Shown here piece by piece: positions 25,501-39,400 of a stretch of 64,000 bases of DNA. The position numbers and the translations under genes were made by a program. Numbering within the stretch: the first letter of the stretch is position 1; each line of letters begins with the position of its first letter. Location: positions 7,674-71,673 of the forward strand of contig DF237369.1 of assembly GCA_000708835.1 (NCBI GenBank). Reading direction: 5' to 3'. The stretch comes from Klebsormidium nitens. Lineage: Eukaryota > Plantae > Klebsormidiophyceae. Below the pieces are notes generated by a model. That model was not told the origin of the DNA, did no database searches, and worked only from the letters and a program-made list of their open reading frames with translations.

Positions 25501-27445
25501 CCATTACAATACCTTATCCAACGGAATATCTTATTGTGATACTCGAAATGCCTAGGACACAGACCAGATTTGATGAGCAGCACTTCTTAGAGCGACACTC
25601 CTCAAAAACGCCTCTGTCTAGTTCTTGTCTTGGAAGCGGTGCGCTTTGCTCCACCAAGATGGGTGGAACTTTGCTAGTGGGCACACGTTTGAGATGAACT
25701 CTGTCAAACCCGCTTATTTACTTTATTCGCAAACGCTGGGTAGGGGAGTGAATCGAGCAATTCTGTCGCCAAAGGTGAGATCCAGGATCCATTTTATCAA
25801 GAAAGCATCAGATACACAAGAGCCTGAGAGGACGAAGGCAAGCTCACTGAGTCATGCTAGAGAAAGCCAACCCATCTGAGGCTTGAGAAGCCGCATAAAG
25901 GAGCATGAAAAAACTTTTCCACTTCTAAGTACAATTAGACAAATTCAAATCCAGCAAAGTTGGCGTCAGCACACGAGCCATTCCTTCGGGGATCAAACTG
26001 TCCTGAGCGAATTCGCAAAGTCCTTGCCAAGAAAGCCCAAAACTGGCAGGTTAAAGTTACCGGCTATGAATCGTGAAGCTGCTGCATGAAAAACAGAGGC
26101 GAGCTCGTGTCTGAAGTTCCAAGACCAGACGGTCGAGCTAAGTGCTTGGGGCAACCGGCTGGCGAAGGCACGAGTACAAAACCGGCGCAGTAGTCATCAA
26201 ACACTCACGCCGCTCCAACCTCCCATTTACTTGACAAAATAGCTTTTTATCTCTTCTGAAGGTGAAAGGCATCTGCTATTGATCCACCCACGAACGAGCA
26301 AGCGCAAGGCGCCACGAAGAAGCGAGGCGGAACAGTTCGAAACGAGCGAGTCAAAAAAATCACGCACCGCTTGCAAAAAGTGCGGCACCTGATCGAAGGT
26401 TTGGAACTAAAAAAATCCGAGAGCCCATTGATGAAAGCTTGGGCACTGGATTGGCTATCAGAACAGTACACAATGTCAAGACCAATGTCTCATGCATGTC
26501 AAAAGAACGAGATACCGGTGATGTGCACCGGCCTCGGCCGCTTATGATCGCGAGACCTGACCGTTGGCCCTTTCGAGATGCTGCAGTGAAAGCTGTGTCT
26601 CTCCATGTGAAAAAGCAATATCAGACTTCAGCAAGGATGTCTTTCTCTCTCACAGGGCAACTCCGTCCGATGAGTTCCAAAGGAAAACAGCCGTTAATGA
26701 AAGCAGCCGTTATGATTGAAAACAGACCGTACTGTTAATAGGTACGTTTCGACCCAACCTTCATCGAGATCACGAGGGGACACAGTACGAACGTTAGACG
26801 TCTCAAACCAGTTCACAATGCTGAAAATTTTGCGTGCCCGCTCTTGCAAACAAAAGGCTTAACCCATACGCAGACACAAATATCTGAGGAAACACTCACG
26901 TGCCTTCACATCTTGGCCTTTGCCGCAAATCTAGGCTCTAAACAGGAAACTGTAGCCCTGATATACACGCATTGGACCTCCACAAAAATGACGTGGTCCG
27001 ATCTTGTTTCTCCCCACATGTCCGAAAGTTCAGAAAACAAGGCCTCGCATGTCCTGAACTTCAGGAAACAAGGCCTCGCCGGTTTGTGGTGTCACAGGCC
27101 TCGACGGGTTTCAATTCATGATCGACCATTGAGGAGAAAACAACATCTGGGCTGTTAGATAGTTAATCCAATATGCTTACAAAGGAGTCTTCCGCACCCG
27201 TTTTTAACCGAATTAATGAAGCTACATGTCTAACGTAAAAGATTGTCTTCAGTATTACCTACGAAAATATTCTACCTGTACGAATGCATCGCCTCATTTA
27301 CTTACTCAACAAAATACTTGTTTTCACAAACGTAGACCTTGACGATACGAAACGCGGCATTGACGAATCTGCCTTTACCATCTTCACTAATGAATCTTTT
27401 GATTCTAGAAGTACATTTCAGGAAGACACACAGGAAGGAAGAGCT

Positions 27446-30400
27446 TCAGCCAGACCTTTCTACGAAATTACTGACGGAGTCGCACCGTAAATGTTTGACC
27501 GACTCAATGTGAGGGATTCCGCCACGGAACCATTGGGTCAGCTTGTAGACCGGAATCGAGAGGAGCGCAAATCCGAGCGCAGCCGACGCGGGGCCCGCGT
27601 TCCGCATGAGCGATGTCAACACGAGGTAACTGCAAGGGGCAACGAGGAGCGGATTGACTCTAAGTTTGAGTAGTATTGCGTAGCATTCAAGTTCAAACGT
27701 ACTTTCTGTCTGTGTGTGTGCTTCAAATCGCACTTTCTGTCTGTGTGTGTGCTTCAAATCGCACAGATAATAAACCAGCACGCATCAGCACAGATGAAAG
27801 GCGCATACCGTAACAAATCCGGCGGCAACACATCCGGTTGAAAGCTTAGCCAAACGAGAACGGTAAGAGGTCGGTAATGATCGATGTTACTGAAAGTGAA
27901 ATGGGACACCCTTTCAACATCTAATTGACGCAGCCCTTTACTCCCACAGACGATGGCACACGCACTTACCACTTAAGTCCAAACACGGAGTACGCAAACG
28001 CCCAGTCCGCTCAACGCTCAAACGGCTAGGTCGAAAATACGGAAGGGAATGATGCAAATGAAATCCAAGGAGCCTTTCTCAAGGGCTGAATCCAAGCAGC
28101 TATTTTGAGTTCCAAAAGAGTAGCACAAGCACTTGCACGCAAGCCCAAACACGGAGTACGCAACCGACCAACCCTTGAACGGCCGGGTAGACGGTCGAAA
28201 ATACTGATAACATGAATGTCAAGGAGACGCTATTGATGGTCAAAAGAAGTAGCTTTTACACTTTCAAAAAATAGCAGCAGTACTCACCACGCAAGTCCAA
28301 ACACGGAATACGAAAACGCCCAATGCGCCCGGAGCTTAAACGGCCTGTGGATGCTCGGGAAGCGTGCGCGTATCCGCACGAGCGAGAGCGCGGAGAGGCC
28401 GTAGAAGACCCAGCTAGCCACACCGAAGTAGTTGATGAGGGACGACAGGCTCGCGGAGGAGCACAGCAGGAGCAGGCACGCCCACGCTCCCTGCAACGTA
28501 GATTGACGTCAGCACACGATTGAGCTGACGTCAGTGAACGTGGGGGTTTCGTGGATGTTAAGAAGCCTGACGAGGGGCGACAGGCTCACGGAGGAGCACA
28601 GTAGGAGCAGGCTCGCCCACGCTCCCTACAGAGAGAGGATGACGTCAGAAGGGGTAATGTCAGCATGTGGGTCAGACGACGTGGTTGCAACAATTTCCCT
28701 TGATGCCAAAGCAAATGACGCCAGGCTCGCAGAAGGGCACAGCAGGAGCATGCACGCCCACGCTTCCTACAGGGACAGGATGACGTCAGAACATGGTTTA
28801 GCTGACGTCAACGGGTTCCGAGGATTTCGCGTTGACTTCAGAAGCTTGATGGGGGACGCCAAGCTGGTGTAGGAGCTCAACAGGAGCAGGCACGCCTGCG
28901 CTCCTAGGGCAGTAAGGTGATGTAAACGCACGGTTCGGATGACGTCATGACAGATTCAGACAACCCTTGTCATTTGGCCTTTATGAGTTGAGATAGAATC
29001 AAAATCACCAAGCTCAACACCTTAGAAAGCACCCTTTCTATCTGATTTAGCCTCACTCAAAGGAGTACGTGGCACGGCCACTTACAGTTCTCCAATTCGG
29101 AAACGAGCAATATCACTGGAATATTCAGAGACGTTGCGGGGCTCGGAATCGATCGCTGGTGCTTCCTTAGATGCCGCCACGCATAAGGTTGGAAATCCTT
29201 GCTCTGATTGGTTTCAAAGCCCCGCGACAAACTTGTCGAGGATTTCAACCCATCGGGCATGGTATCATGACCACCGCTTAGCATCTTCATATAAGCGTTT
29301 AAACCCCACCTCGCAGAGAATGGATTCTGATCAAAGTTTTACTCTCACAACCAGGCTCTGCCTTGAACTCTGGCATGAATGCTTGCGCTACGATTGTCCA
29401 GATCACGCAAAGGACTTACGAACAGTTGGGCACATTTCACAACGGCACAAAGCGTGTACGACAGAAATTCATTGGGTTCTGGATCGGCGGGCTCGGCAAA
29501 TAGAAGAGCGGGCGTCAAGGCTTCCAAGCAAAGCAGGCACCCAAGCTAGGTTTGCAAACAACAAGAAGTGGCGTCAACGGAAAAGCTTGGCACTGGGTTT
29601 GACACCCAATGTCGTCGACTTTCACAGCCGCATGCAACTGAGAGAAAGCACAACCGTACAAACTCCGGTCTCGCTTGAAAAATCTATGTTATGTTATCCT
29701 CACGCTTGGGATGCATTTAGGAATTCGACCACTGAGTCTCGACCAGTGAGTCTTAGCCACAAAACCAGACCAAAACGCTTGGCAATATCTTGTGTAGCCC
29801 AGAGGCAACTCCAACTCAGCCTCCTGTTTCAGTTCGTTTCCTCCTTTCCATGAAGCTACTAAGCAACAAGACAGTATAGGTGAGGGACTAAAACGCGCTA
29901 GTAGACAATGCCTTCCTTCAAGATTCACGACGCAGAAGAAAAAACAAAGACCACGGGAACCGAGACGGACGAAAGGGCTCAAAAAAAGTTGGCCTGACAT
30001 GAAAAGCAGAAGAACGGCAAGCTTGCGCAACACCTGACCGGCTTCAGAGGAGAGAGCCATCTTCTAGTGAAGGAACATCCTTCATTGCTGAGCTCATCAG
30101 AGCCACCCGAGGAACAAAGAAGGACATGAGTTAGTTAGCCTGAAAATGGAGACGTAGATCAATTGACTGTGTTTGATGAAGTCATGCTAGCGCCATGCCT
30201 TCTTGAGGCAGAAGACTCGTGCATTAAAGACTTGCCCAAGTTACACGCGACCGGCATGGATTAGACCACCATGGAGTCCCTGTTTGCCTTTGAGAGGATA
30301 CATTCACAAACGACGGCTTTCAAATACAACAGGCCAATCTCCAACTGCTCCACGCGTCCCAGTAGAGCACTTTTCACGGAGCAGTCAATGCAAATGGACT

Positions 30401-33400
30401 TGCATATCAACGTGGAAAGCAGACTTCAGGCATTAGCTCAGCGCAAAGAGGGCACCAAAGCCTGACGCTTCGTGTCAGGACCTGATCCCACATGGCCCAA
30501 TCTTGAACACTGATGACGACTTATGCGACAATGATACCAGGACGTGTGTATCAAGGCAGCCGCACCTTCCAGCCTGAGTTGTTCAGCCCGAAAACAAAGC
30601 ATTCCGAATGTTCACCGTCCTTTGCAGAGTTGGAAGCAGAAAAAAGTACAGGGTCAGAGACCCGCAGAAAAGAGACCCGGCCAAGGTTACTGGGGAGAGC
30701 GCCACTGCAACTGCAGCCACTCAATTGCCGCAAGAAAACCTTGACGCCCGAGAACACCGACCAGCTATAAGACCCGTAGCAGTTCACTTACTTCCAGAAT
30801 ATCCAAACTACTTCTGTCCTTCAAAGCAGAGAGGCACTCAATGAAAACGCTGAGGGGTCAGTGAAAGTTGACGTCGGCCCTCATACATCACAGCCGGACG
30901 CTCTGCACTTTCAAATGCCTGTCCCTGTTAGCAAATTGGCGAAGCTCTCACATGCGCTCAAGAAACTCAACGAGAGCAGATGCCACTCAATTTTTGACGG
31001 AAGTCACCAGAACGTCTTCGGAATGAGCCCAAGCGCAGGCTTTCGATCACGGAGACTTCAAGCTCCGAGAAACCCGGATGCTAAGCAAAAGCGAGTGCCT
31101 TCGAACAAGGAGGGAACTCAAAAGATACATCACCAAGCTTCTACCGTCGGTGCAAGGCTTTAGGTTAAAGAGAGCCGCCTTGAGGCGACACCTCATCGAC
31201 ATTCCCATCACAGCCAGAATCGGACAAAGCGGAACGTGCATCCAGAGACATGCATACTCACTGCGGTTCATTACGCAACGACGCCACGTACCAACCAGTG
31301 TTACATGAAAAGTAATAATATCACAATCGCGGAAACCGAACGATAACGTTGACAGACGTGGGCGCCAGATTCCAGAGCCAATGACCTTGAGCTGTTGTCC
31401 GTTCCAGGCCCTCGACGGATCCCATGGATTCAGTGTGCACTCACTCGGAGACACCGACAGACTTCGCTCGGAGCAGCCAGGTTTGTCACCAGCGAAGAGC
31501 AGAGCATAAAGCTCCATTCCAGAAGCTCACGTTGCAGGCAAGCAACACCCAATGTCCGTCAAGGCTGAGGAAGAAGAATGGTCCAGCTAAAATCGAAGGA
31601 ACGGCTCCACGTAGGCCATCAACGCTGCGGAGGCGCCTCAGCATCGTCCTCGTCATTGCCACCAGCGGAAGTAACGAAATATGCAAGCAGGATTTTTCAT
31701 ATGAAAGAAATCCGCAAAAGGCAATTCACACCTCAGTCTGGAGGGCTTAGCTTACTCAGCTGTTGCTGTAAAGCGTGGGCTTGGAAAAACAATGTGCGTA
31801 GCATGCTTCAGCAGATCATGCTTACCTGCGCTAATAGAGCGGCGTACGGCGCCCGGCTTTTTTGCCCCAGTGCGCTCATCCAGGACGGAATCTGGCCGGC
31901 TCGGGAGGCCGCATACTGCAGAAACGGCACGGTTTCAGCAGGGTCGATCTGCGATCCCGGTTCAAGGAAGCCTTTTTTTTTTAACTGAATATTCTGGCCA
32001 CACGCAGCTCATCATGAGGAGTCTGCGGACTGGCACACCGCTCGGTTCAAGGAAGCCTGCCCTGCCTTTTTCAGCAGGTAGAGCCAACGGACAGCGAGTC
32101 TGACGCGGCAGCTTCTGCATGCCCGGTGTGTCAACCGCTACGGGAAGAAACACGGGTTGACTGCAAACCGGCCCCGGAAGAACAGCAAGAAAAGAGCGAG
32201 AAGGAGGCAAGCCGGATGTGCAGTACAAGCTGCTCGAAGACTGCTCCCCGTCAGGAAATGGCAGATGCCGTGATCGGAAGTTCGTAGCCTATGCTAAGGC
32301 AGTAGAAGCAGATTTAGGTGTGACTCGACCTTGTTCACTAGAACGCCATATTTGTCATAGAGGTGAAGCCGAACCAGGCTCCCTATTCTGACCGCCATCC
32401 TCCTTAACCATAGCCTGCGATAATTCAACTTCTCTCCTACGATCTCAGGTCCAATGTTTGTCATTGTGAGCGGTTCGATCCGCTTGATGGTCCTTCCAAA
32501 AACGCCAACAAGTACCACCTCACGAAACATATTCATATATGAGTTTGACAATTCAAGACGCACCAGATTGCACCTGTTGCATGATGATCTAAGGGACACA
32601 AGCAGGAACTTGGCGCGACAAGCCTTACCAGGTAGCGTCCCCCGCACATGATGGTCGCGTTCGCGCTCCCCAGCGTAGAGAGCGCAACTAGGATGGCGGT
32701 CAGGCTGCCCGCCCACGTGCCCAACGCGCGCTCCACAGCGTCCACCGCAACCACCGCGCCAAACTTGACGGCTGCGCAGGACGATCGGAGGCGTCAAACA
32801 ACGACATAAAGTTTGCATGCGTGGCGCTTTTCGTCACGATGAACGTGACAGTGGATTGGCTCACGAGACGGGCTCAAGCTGATGAGGGCGGCAGACTTCC
32901 CGAATCAACCACATGAAAGTCAGAGGCCGTCGGCCGCGAAAGCTGGCCATGAATCAGCTCGTCATACCGCTGCTCCTGCCGCTTCTGAGTTGCAAAGAAG
33001 TGATGAATGCTATCTTTCATACAGATTCCCTGAATCTCCGCAAAAGCGCCGTCCGACACTTTGAATTCCGTCTTTTCTACCTTCGCGTATTCGCATCCGT
33101 CAAACCAGACGCCCTTTTCTCACCAGCGGGCGTGAGCAACGCATGTGCAGCTTAACCGGCATGTCAGGACGCCCGTAGAATTACCACTTACTACCGTAGA
33201 CGTCGAGTTAATGACTCCATAATTCGAGCGCCTGTCGTTAGATCAAATGCGCATTTTTGAAACAAAGTAAGCCGCCTTACCGTGCACGGGCAGGATGCAG
33301 AGGTACGCCACGTTGGCCGTCAGATTTGTCACGTCATCAAGCGGTCGACGTTAGCTAAGAACTCACGCTTTTAAACAAGTAAGCCGCCTTACTGTGTACG

Positions 33401-36400
33401 GGCAGGATGCAGAGGTACGCCACGTTGGCGGTGACGTAGATAACAATGACAGTGAGCATGCCGAACACGATGCTGCGCGGCATGTCGCGCCCGGGGTTCT
33501 TCAGCTCCTCGCCCAACATCGTCACGGCGCTCCTGCGAAAGTGAGCGGATAAAGGATTGGGACGGAAAAAGTTTGAGAAACTGCAACAATTGCAAGTCGA
33601 GGAGGATACAGAGGCACCACGAAATTCTATTGCGGAGTTGTCACAGCGGCTATGTCAGCCCCTCTGCCAGCATCATTACTGCGCTTCCACAGACAGAGAG
33701 GAGATGTTAGTGGGTGCAGTTTATTCAATTGGCCACGAGTGAGGGCACGAGTCTTGAGAACGCGTTGGAAACACGAGAAGACTGTCTCCCAGCATCGTCG
33801 TAGCGCTCCTGGGAACTGAAAAGGCACAAGTCGTATCCAGCGTGAGTGAATACATTGAGGACATTTTTATCAGACTCTTGACTTCCAAAGAGTACAAAAA
33901 AGAAATCTGAGCGCTTCGTCGAGCAGTCCAGACCTGTCTAGGCAACTAGAAGGGGACCATGTCACACGAAAACCCGCGGACGCAGTGTCACAAACCGCCC
34001 CAGGCAGACTTCGTTACTACCGGTTCCATGCTCCGAGGGCAGCCTGGCCCTTCCGCCCAAAACCCGAACCCTGATAGCCTTGACCAAAAAAGGGTTAGGA
34101 ACAAGGTCAGGTGATTTTTGTCTCTGGGCGGATGTCCCACCACCACGTTCTGGAGGCCTACTTAAGCATGGTTTCACAGCCATTTCAGCCCTAACCCATG
34201 TTTAGTTAGAGCTAACCTGCTACTCTACCAGACCGAGGACCTTTAAGCGCCCGGTAGAGTCTTGAAAAGCAATCTGAGCCGTCCAATCGTGAAAATGAGG
34301 TATCGAACGGCGCGGAGCATGGTTTTCGGCCTTCGAGTGGTGGTGTGTGACCCTGCGCGGACGTCGAAAAAGAGGCGGACAAGTGTGCCGACGTTCCACC
34401 AAAGAAACTCCTTGAACTTGCGGGCTCTTCTCGGACAAAAAGGATGGATGAAAGCGGATCCACACCAGACCATGCAAGCACGCAAGAAAGGAGAATTTGG
34501 ACGCCTCAAATCCCTAACTCGATGTCGCACTCATTCACTTTCAAATTTCAGAACTTAAGGCAAGGTTCTGCTTCTTACCAGCCGTCGAAGGCCCAAAGGG
34601 CAGCCACCATTCCCGGACCAAATCCCGCTGGTTGGCTGTCCCGGAAAGGATGCGCCATGTTGCGCGCCGCGACGGCAGGCTCATCGTGCAGATATACGAC
34701 GGCGGCGCCAGCCAATAGGAGGACGAGAACGAGCTTGGAGCCGCTGAGCACGTTCTGCACCCAGCTACCCATTTGAACGCCTGCATACGAGTGAAGACCT
34801 CAGTTACTGAAAATTCAACAAACCCGGAGTGCGAGGAAGCAACAGAAGACATTCTCGCAGATCCATTTGTTTCTTGAAGATAAGTGATCGAACACCGCGC
34901 GAGAAGTGATTATTGGCTACTGTCCTCTTTAAGAACAAAGCATGAAGACATCGTGCAACTCTTTCAGCGGACCTTCTCAACGATGAAAGCAGTTAACCAC
35001 CAGCGGAGAAACGAGATAGGTGCAAAAGGATCAGTTCCACAGGACTCACCGAAACAGTTGGTTAGTGTGAGCACGACGATGCACGCCAGCGACAGCCCTT
35101 TCACGCGCCAGTCGTACGCGTTGCTTGAGTAATCATCGAATATCTGCAGGAAAAACAGGTCAATAAGGCGTGAAACTTTTGCGATTGTAAAGTCGCGTCT
35201 TTGCCAAAATTACCAAGTCCCTACAGTAGACATGCCGCTTCTTGCACTGTGTTCAGTCACATCAAGCTACCAGATCGGGTAGTATAGCGAACTCCCAAGC
35301 ATATAGGAATAGAAAGTCGGTGACTGAAGTAAAGGCTTCAGTCACATCTCAATTCTGTAAGCTTTCAACTCGCGAATCGAGCTTCTGAAAAAGACAAGAC
35401 GGGACTGGGCTGCTTGACCTTCACATTGATCGATCAGCAAGCCCAGACCAGCGACACCATCATAGCTCGCCCTTCCAGAAGTTCTCTGTTTCTGTACGAC
35501 ATTCCCAGACGCGAAAGCGAGAGCGCAGGGCCAAAAGACTCCATACTAATGCGTAGACCTTTACACGTGTCGTCCTTGGACGAAACTTCCAAATGTTACA
35601 ATCTGTATGTCGCCGGCTCATGATAGTATGGCGCAAAGCGCACTCAAAAGTAAAGCCGTAAGCGAAGCAGAGGAAAAAGGGCAAAGTTGGAGCCTTCATC
35701 ACAATATGGACGCTTACCCACAGTTTAGCAAGACGTACTTTTAAAGATAAGCGCTGGCGTCAACATCGGGAAAGCAAATGTGAAATGGGCTGTCGCTCCA
35801 GTCCAGAGGAATCGAGCCACCCAACTCAAGCTTTCATCACCGGCAAAGCGCACGTAAGCCCGCGAGGCAACTGAAAGGTGAGTAGACACAGATTACAGAT
35901 GGTTCACACGTCTGGCAACGGACAAAATTTCCAAGACGCCGAGCAGCCTTGTACTTTTGGCTCCCGTTCTATCTAGGACATGTCAAGGAAAGCGGGCTTC
36001 TATCAAGATCTTGAAAAAACAACCGCTTAGTCACCGATTGCTAGACAGCAATGCGGATCCAGGCAAGAACTCTTAGCAGAGCTCGCTGGAAACGGTGAGT
36101 ACGCGGTAACACCGCTATAGAAAACGTTGAACACCCAACCGCGAGGGACCATGAACACATGTAGCAAGCTCGTCGTCACACGCAACCGCTCGATGCTAGA
36201 ATCGGAGCCGAATTCACGAATCACTGCCAACCATAATGCGGATCAGCGGCAGACAATGACTCGTGGACACCAGATCGTTCTTGCAGGAAGAAGTTTGTCA
36301 AGAGAGACTGTAAATGAGTGCCTTCACAATTATTACCAGATTGAAAAGAGAGATACAACTACAGAAACAACCACCGCCGCCCAACATGAATGAGTGGCCT

Positions 36401-39400
36401 CAAGCATCACACAGTGTTCAGAAACGCGCCATGTCATTCAGCGCCTGTAACAAAAAAGAATTCGGGAAGCACAGAACACTGAACGCGTTTGCTGCCTTGC
36501 TCCGCAACGTCCAAGTACTTACAAGGTTATTGTATGGCAACCGGACAGAGCCTGACTTTCTCTGGCAATCCAACCGCTAACCCAACTGTTTTCTTCACCA
36601 GGACAATCTCGACAAAGACAACTTCCCTGAACGTCACCACACACCGAACCCGTACTTTGTAACATGCACACAGACAAAGGTAGATAGAAGCGTCCAAGGC
36701 TCGAAAGAGGACACAAACGCACGGCCATCGCGGTTAAAATCCTGAATACGAGTGAACACTTCTAGGAGCTTCAGTGCCTCGGGTGCGATAAGAATCTGTG
36801 GGCTCTCTAAGGTCCGCAGCCCACTGACAGCAATCCCATCATTGCCCGCTCGCGCTATAATCATCTCCTAGCTTCATCAAACAGACATTCGGATCCTTGC
36901 GAAGGGACCGCAGAACGCTTGAGCAAACGACCCGAATTCTCAAACAAGTTTCAGCGAAACGGAAAGCAGAAAATTTTTGAGGGACATGCTTGCTGCTGAC
37001 ATATGTGTATTTGCAGACCTTTGCAAACGCCGGTATCGTGCTCCCTCTATAAACACGTAGGAACTGACATCCGAGCTTGACCATGACGAGGTTCTTGGGC
37101 TGTCGGATCGTTGCAAGCCCAGCCAAGACATCCCGTCATTGCCACGTCACCCATGCAAATTTGAACAGCACACACAGAGGGCCCTCAACGGGAGCCTACT
37201 TGGGGAATGTAGCTATCCGCGCGGCACAGTACTTCGTTCGTTATTTGTGAAACTACCTTGGCCCCTCTTCGAAGGCCGCTCAATTGGGCTGGCAAATTTG
37301 AAGCTGACTTTCTCGCTTGTATGGGATGAACGGCTCTTTCGCATATCATGATTGTTGAGATCGGATCCAAATGTTGCTTCTGAGTTGGCTGGCTTTTGTA
37401 ATATGGCTTTGGCTCTTGGACAGTGGTAGCCACAATCGGTGCCAGAATGAACAACGAGAGGAAGTCGAAGGCGACAGCCAACTGCCCCAGGTGGGCAGTA
37501 ATGATGTTTAAGTGGGCCGCTCAAAAAGGCAACCGGGGCATCGGGATGATCGACGAGGTTGGGCTGTCTCAAAAAGGAAGCAGCCCACGTCAGCGATGTC
37601 CATCATTGCCCAAGTCAGGGGAGGTATACTTGTGTCTTTGAGTCGCACATCAAGGGAACACATTGGGCGATGACAAAACAAGGAGATTAGGAGTTGCATC
37701 AGCGCAAGTGGTCTTCCTTCGACGACCTTCTCACTGACACAGACCCAACAAGAGAAACGTTCACAAGCTGATGAATATGGCCATCAATGGGCACTCACTT
37801 TGTGAGCAACTAGCGTGGGGACACCCGACACCCGATTGGGGCAGATTTGCATCTGTGGCGTACAAGACCACAAGCTACAACGAGGAATTCGAGACGCGCG
37901 TCGTAAACCGGGACTCTTTGGCTTTCTGGCTTCCAAATTTGACATTCCTTCTCAACAAGGACTGTTCTGAATTACAGCCTGGCATCAAAAGAGCACCAAC
38001 CTTCTTCTCTTTGCACATATTGAGAGCAGTCGATGCTTTCGTCATAGCCACGTCTTCTGAAGGTACGTCAAGGGCCAGACACTTGTGAAGAAAACGAATA
38101 TAAGAAAAAACTTGGCATCCACCTGGTAAAGGCAAGCGAACAACATAACACGGCACAAAGCAGCCTTTGAGGGTCGCTACGGGAATTGCAGAATTGCACC
38201 ACGAAATCCTTCTTTCCAAATTTCCAATGATGAGCCAGTGACGATGCCAAGTTTTGAAAGTCAAAAAGGCGATTATGGATTGGATCTTGACAGAAGGAGC
38301 CCAATCATATGAGACGCTTCTTCTAAACATTTCAGGAAGGGAAGGTTGCAAGGTTCTAGGCTGCGTCAATATTGACCGACAGCCCACATCGGCGTCCCCG
38401 TCATTACCCTGCTCGTGCGTTAGAGACCTCTCTAAAGGGACGATTCTCCTCAGCAGATCTGCAGCCCCTTATCGTAGGAAAAGTATAGCGCGCAACCGAG
38501 AGCAGACGAGCGAGTCCACGGTCAGTTTTGACATTCCCAGGTAATGGCTTACTTTCGAAATCCGCTCGGTTTGAGAGAACTTCATTTCAAGAGCCTTACC
38601 CGTTACAAGCCTTCTGGCAAGAGCACGGGTCTGAAGACCTCAACAATAAAGCACTCGGGCATTTCAGGACATACGCTATCCTGGTACAAAAATACGGGTA
38701 GTGGTTGCCTCCAAACGGCAATCGGGATGCACCCGGACATCTGAAACCGACCTTTTCAGGGGTTGTGGCCATTTGCGAATTGCTTCCAAAGGCCGGAGTC
38801 ACACGGAAACAAGCATAGATAGCGCCGATGCACAACCGGCGTGACTGCTCCCATCCCTACGCATTTCGACCGGTCGAAACGAGCTGCTTCTGGGCGCGTC
38901 CTTGCCGATGTTGTCGATATCAAAGTCTAACAGCGTCGGACATTCAGTATGATATGCTCCCAGGTGATATAAGAGAATCTTTTGGAGCATCCGAATAAGG
39001 ACGCTCATGTTGGCCGCATGCCTCTTTTTCAAAGGAACCGCGGACAGTTGTTTGGCCTATCTTGGGCAAAGGAGAAACGATCCGTGGTCTTTGCACTGGT
39101 CAAACAGCTGGAACACAGCAGCAAAGAGGAGGCTGCGGTAATTCCGCGAGTTAACAGACGTTCACAGCCGCCAGCGCTCTGCAGACCCGCTTGTGACGTC
39201 CCAAAGAACCGAATCAAATATGCACTTACGACGGTCAAGATGCACGGGCTGGTCAGACTTTCATAAGACGAATCTCGCAGAGGTATTTATCCAATCTCAA
39301 TAGTTCTGTGACGAGAGGCATCAGGACACAACAAGAAGAATGGGCTTGGTCGAGGACGAACCACGGCCCACTTTGGAACCGCCCATCACTGCCACCCCGT

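Noticed and set aside
1-27400. The many 60-155 aa ORFs, a CRISPR array, or an endogenous giant-virus segment
   Set aside because: ORFs are fragments of decayed repeats on both strands. There are no regularly spaced identical repeats with unique spacers and no viral hallmark genes (capsid, PolB, packaging ATPase) that I could recognise.
29134-29853. 239-aa ORF antisense within transporter intron 8
   Set aside because: Starts at TTG, shows no recognisable domain and lies among decayed repeat modules. Most likely a chance open frame in element debris.
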